Shown: positions 62,503 to 64,000 of the stretch, one piece after another
How positions within the stretch are numbered: position 1 is the stretch's first letter
How the letters are laid out: the number at the start of each line of letters is the position of its first letter
Source of the DNA: Geosiphon pyriformis uo1
Taxonomy: Eukaryota; Fungi; Glomeromycota
Direction of reading: 5' to 3'
DNA length: 64,000 nucleotides
NCBI GenBank assembly: GCA_016748015.1
Contig: JAAOMT010000571.1
Location: 62,001-126,000, forward strand
The notes under the pieces: generated by a model
The model's database searches: none
The model's input: only the letters and a program-made list of their open reading frames with translations
Told to the model about the DNA's origin: nothing
Position numbers and translations under genes: made by a program

Positions 62503-64000
62503 TGCTACCAGTAGAATTTTAGCTATTAATTAGCATGAAATTACCCTTATAATTTCTATAATTTATTAGTATATTAATATCATTTCAAATTATCATTTAT
62601 TATTTAATCAATTATCACATATCACAATTCAATTAAAATAATCTAATTACTATAACAGAAAGTAAGATGATCAAATTACACAATACCCTAAACTTTGTAA
62701 CATTCAAAAATTCACCAAAATTTACAGAAATTCGCCGAAATTTATAAGAAATTTGCCAAAATTTACAGAAATTTGCCGAAATTATGAATAGTTCACCCAA
62801 ATTAATCAATAGTTCAGCGAAATAACTTGTAGTTCATCAAAATGTATCTTTAGTTTGCTGGAATTTGGGCAAAGAGAAAAAAGTGCAAGTTCATAAACTA
62901 GTACTACAACAAGTTGTATAAAAGAAGAGCTTTTCTCTTCTGGAAAATGTATTTTACTTTAGATTTATTACTTAGAACCAATTTTACACACACAAAAAGA
63001 AATAAATACCAAATAATTTGAAAAACCAAATTCTTTAATTATTGTACTTGGAAAATCCCCAAAAATCCAACTAACATTTCGAAATTGATTAGCTACCAAT
63101 TTTAGTAAACTGTTAGTGACTCCAGGCCTGGATAGAAAACGTTTCCTTGATAAAATCTTATTTCTTTTACACTTCTTTTATTTTTCTTTTCTTTTCTTAT
63201 TACAATCATTAGGGTAGCCTACAGACAAGATTTCTGTAGAAGAGTTGACTTTCACAGCAAAGTAATTACACATTTTTAGTGAGCTTTCAGACAAGCAATT
63301 CTTGGGAAAGAGTTGACGTTTACTACAACGTAACTACATAAAGCAACTGGCACAGAATTGGGTATTCCACTCATAAGCCCAGCAAGTTCAAATTATAGGA
63401 GATAATTTGAAGTTAAAAATTCAGTTACTGGAGGTTCAACCACATACAGAAAACGTGAATTTACAGCAAATAAGTATCAACAACATTACAGAAAAGAGAC
63501 CAAAAACCTCCGGTAACATTTGGTGCTCTCCCACGGAAATAACACAGCAACAAATTCAAAGTGGCAACCGCCTCAGACATCACAACCTTAGAGTACTATC
63601 AATCGATTTACACACACTGCAAACAATGATTTGAAATATGTGACAGAATCATAGCTTTCAAGAAAACACTTTTTCAATACATCAAAAATCGAATCAACGA
63701 CTACCTCTTTGGGAACTATAACATTACAACAGTTAAAAGAGATCTTCTTGAGAACATACTACACTATTCCAACACTGAATCAGAAAACATTAGTGCTGAA
63801 GCTTGTGCTACTTATTTTGAGGAACTCGATTATAATATCATTCGATTCTGTGAAGAAAAATATCTTCCAAATGCACAATTTGCCTTTGAACTCGAATCTG
63901 AACCTGAAACCAGTAGCAACAAAAGACAAAAAGATAACCGATCTGTTCACACAACACCCAATACTCCCAAAATATCATTCAAACATTTACAAACACCTGA
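62503..64000 (+). mobile_element. 5' end of a third LTR retrotransposon (family C): LTR 62503-63518, PBS 63521-63536, start of gag
   Basis: TGCTACCA...CGGTAACA termini; TATA-like TATAAAAG near 62917; ~20-bp tandem units at 62705-62785; PBS TGGTGCTCTCCCACGG; gag-like frame from GTG at 63561 runs off the window. Confidence 0.85.

Overview
Eukaryotic (fungal) genomic DNA. An early-diverging Glomeromycotina/Mucoromycota-type genome is inferred from the minor-spliceosome introns, intron density and TE families. The left ~24 kb is a gene island that retains CpG. It holds the last 23 codons of a probable RNA polymerase I largest subunit (1-72), a 30-exon neurofibromin/Ira-type RasGAP on the minus strand (3434-14915, ~2797 aa), a tRNA-His(GTG), and a divergently transcribed acetyl-CoA carboxylase ACC1 (16729-23874, 2241 aa, one GC-AG intron, overlapping uORF). 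The RasGAP carries two U12-type introns (one AT-AC, one GT-AG) and a 42-Asn tract. The right ~40 kb is a nested TE cluster. An old minus-strand Ty3/Gypsy element hosts two younger full-length Ty3/Gypsy elements, a solo LTR and a hAT DNA transposon. LINE relics, two more solo LTRs and a LINE ORF1 interrupted by a third LTR element follow. The TE copies show a graded C->T/G->A hypermutation that is not limited to CpG (RIP-like). The Gypsy elements are non-canonical: captured dUTPase and Cys-rich modules between protease and RT, integrase apparently in its own ORF, a conserved non-env ORF3 before the 3' LTR, a candidate GUG-initiated Gag, and a UUUAAAC -1 frameshift site. All coordinates and alignments were read by eye; no searches were run.
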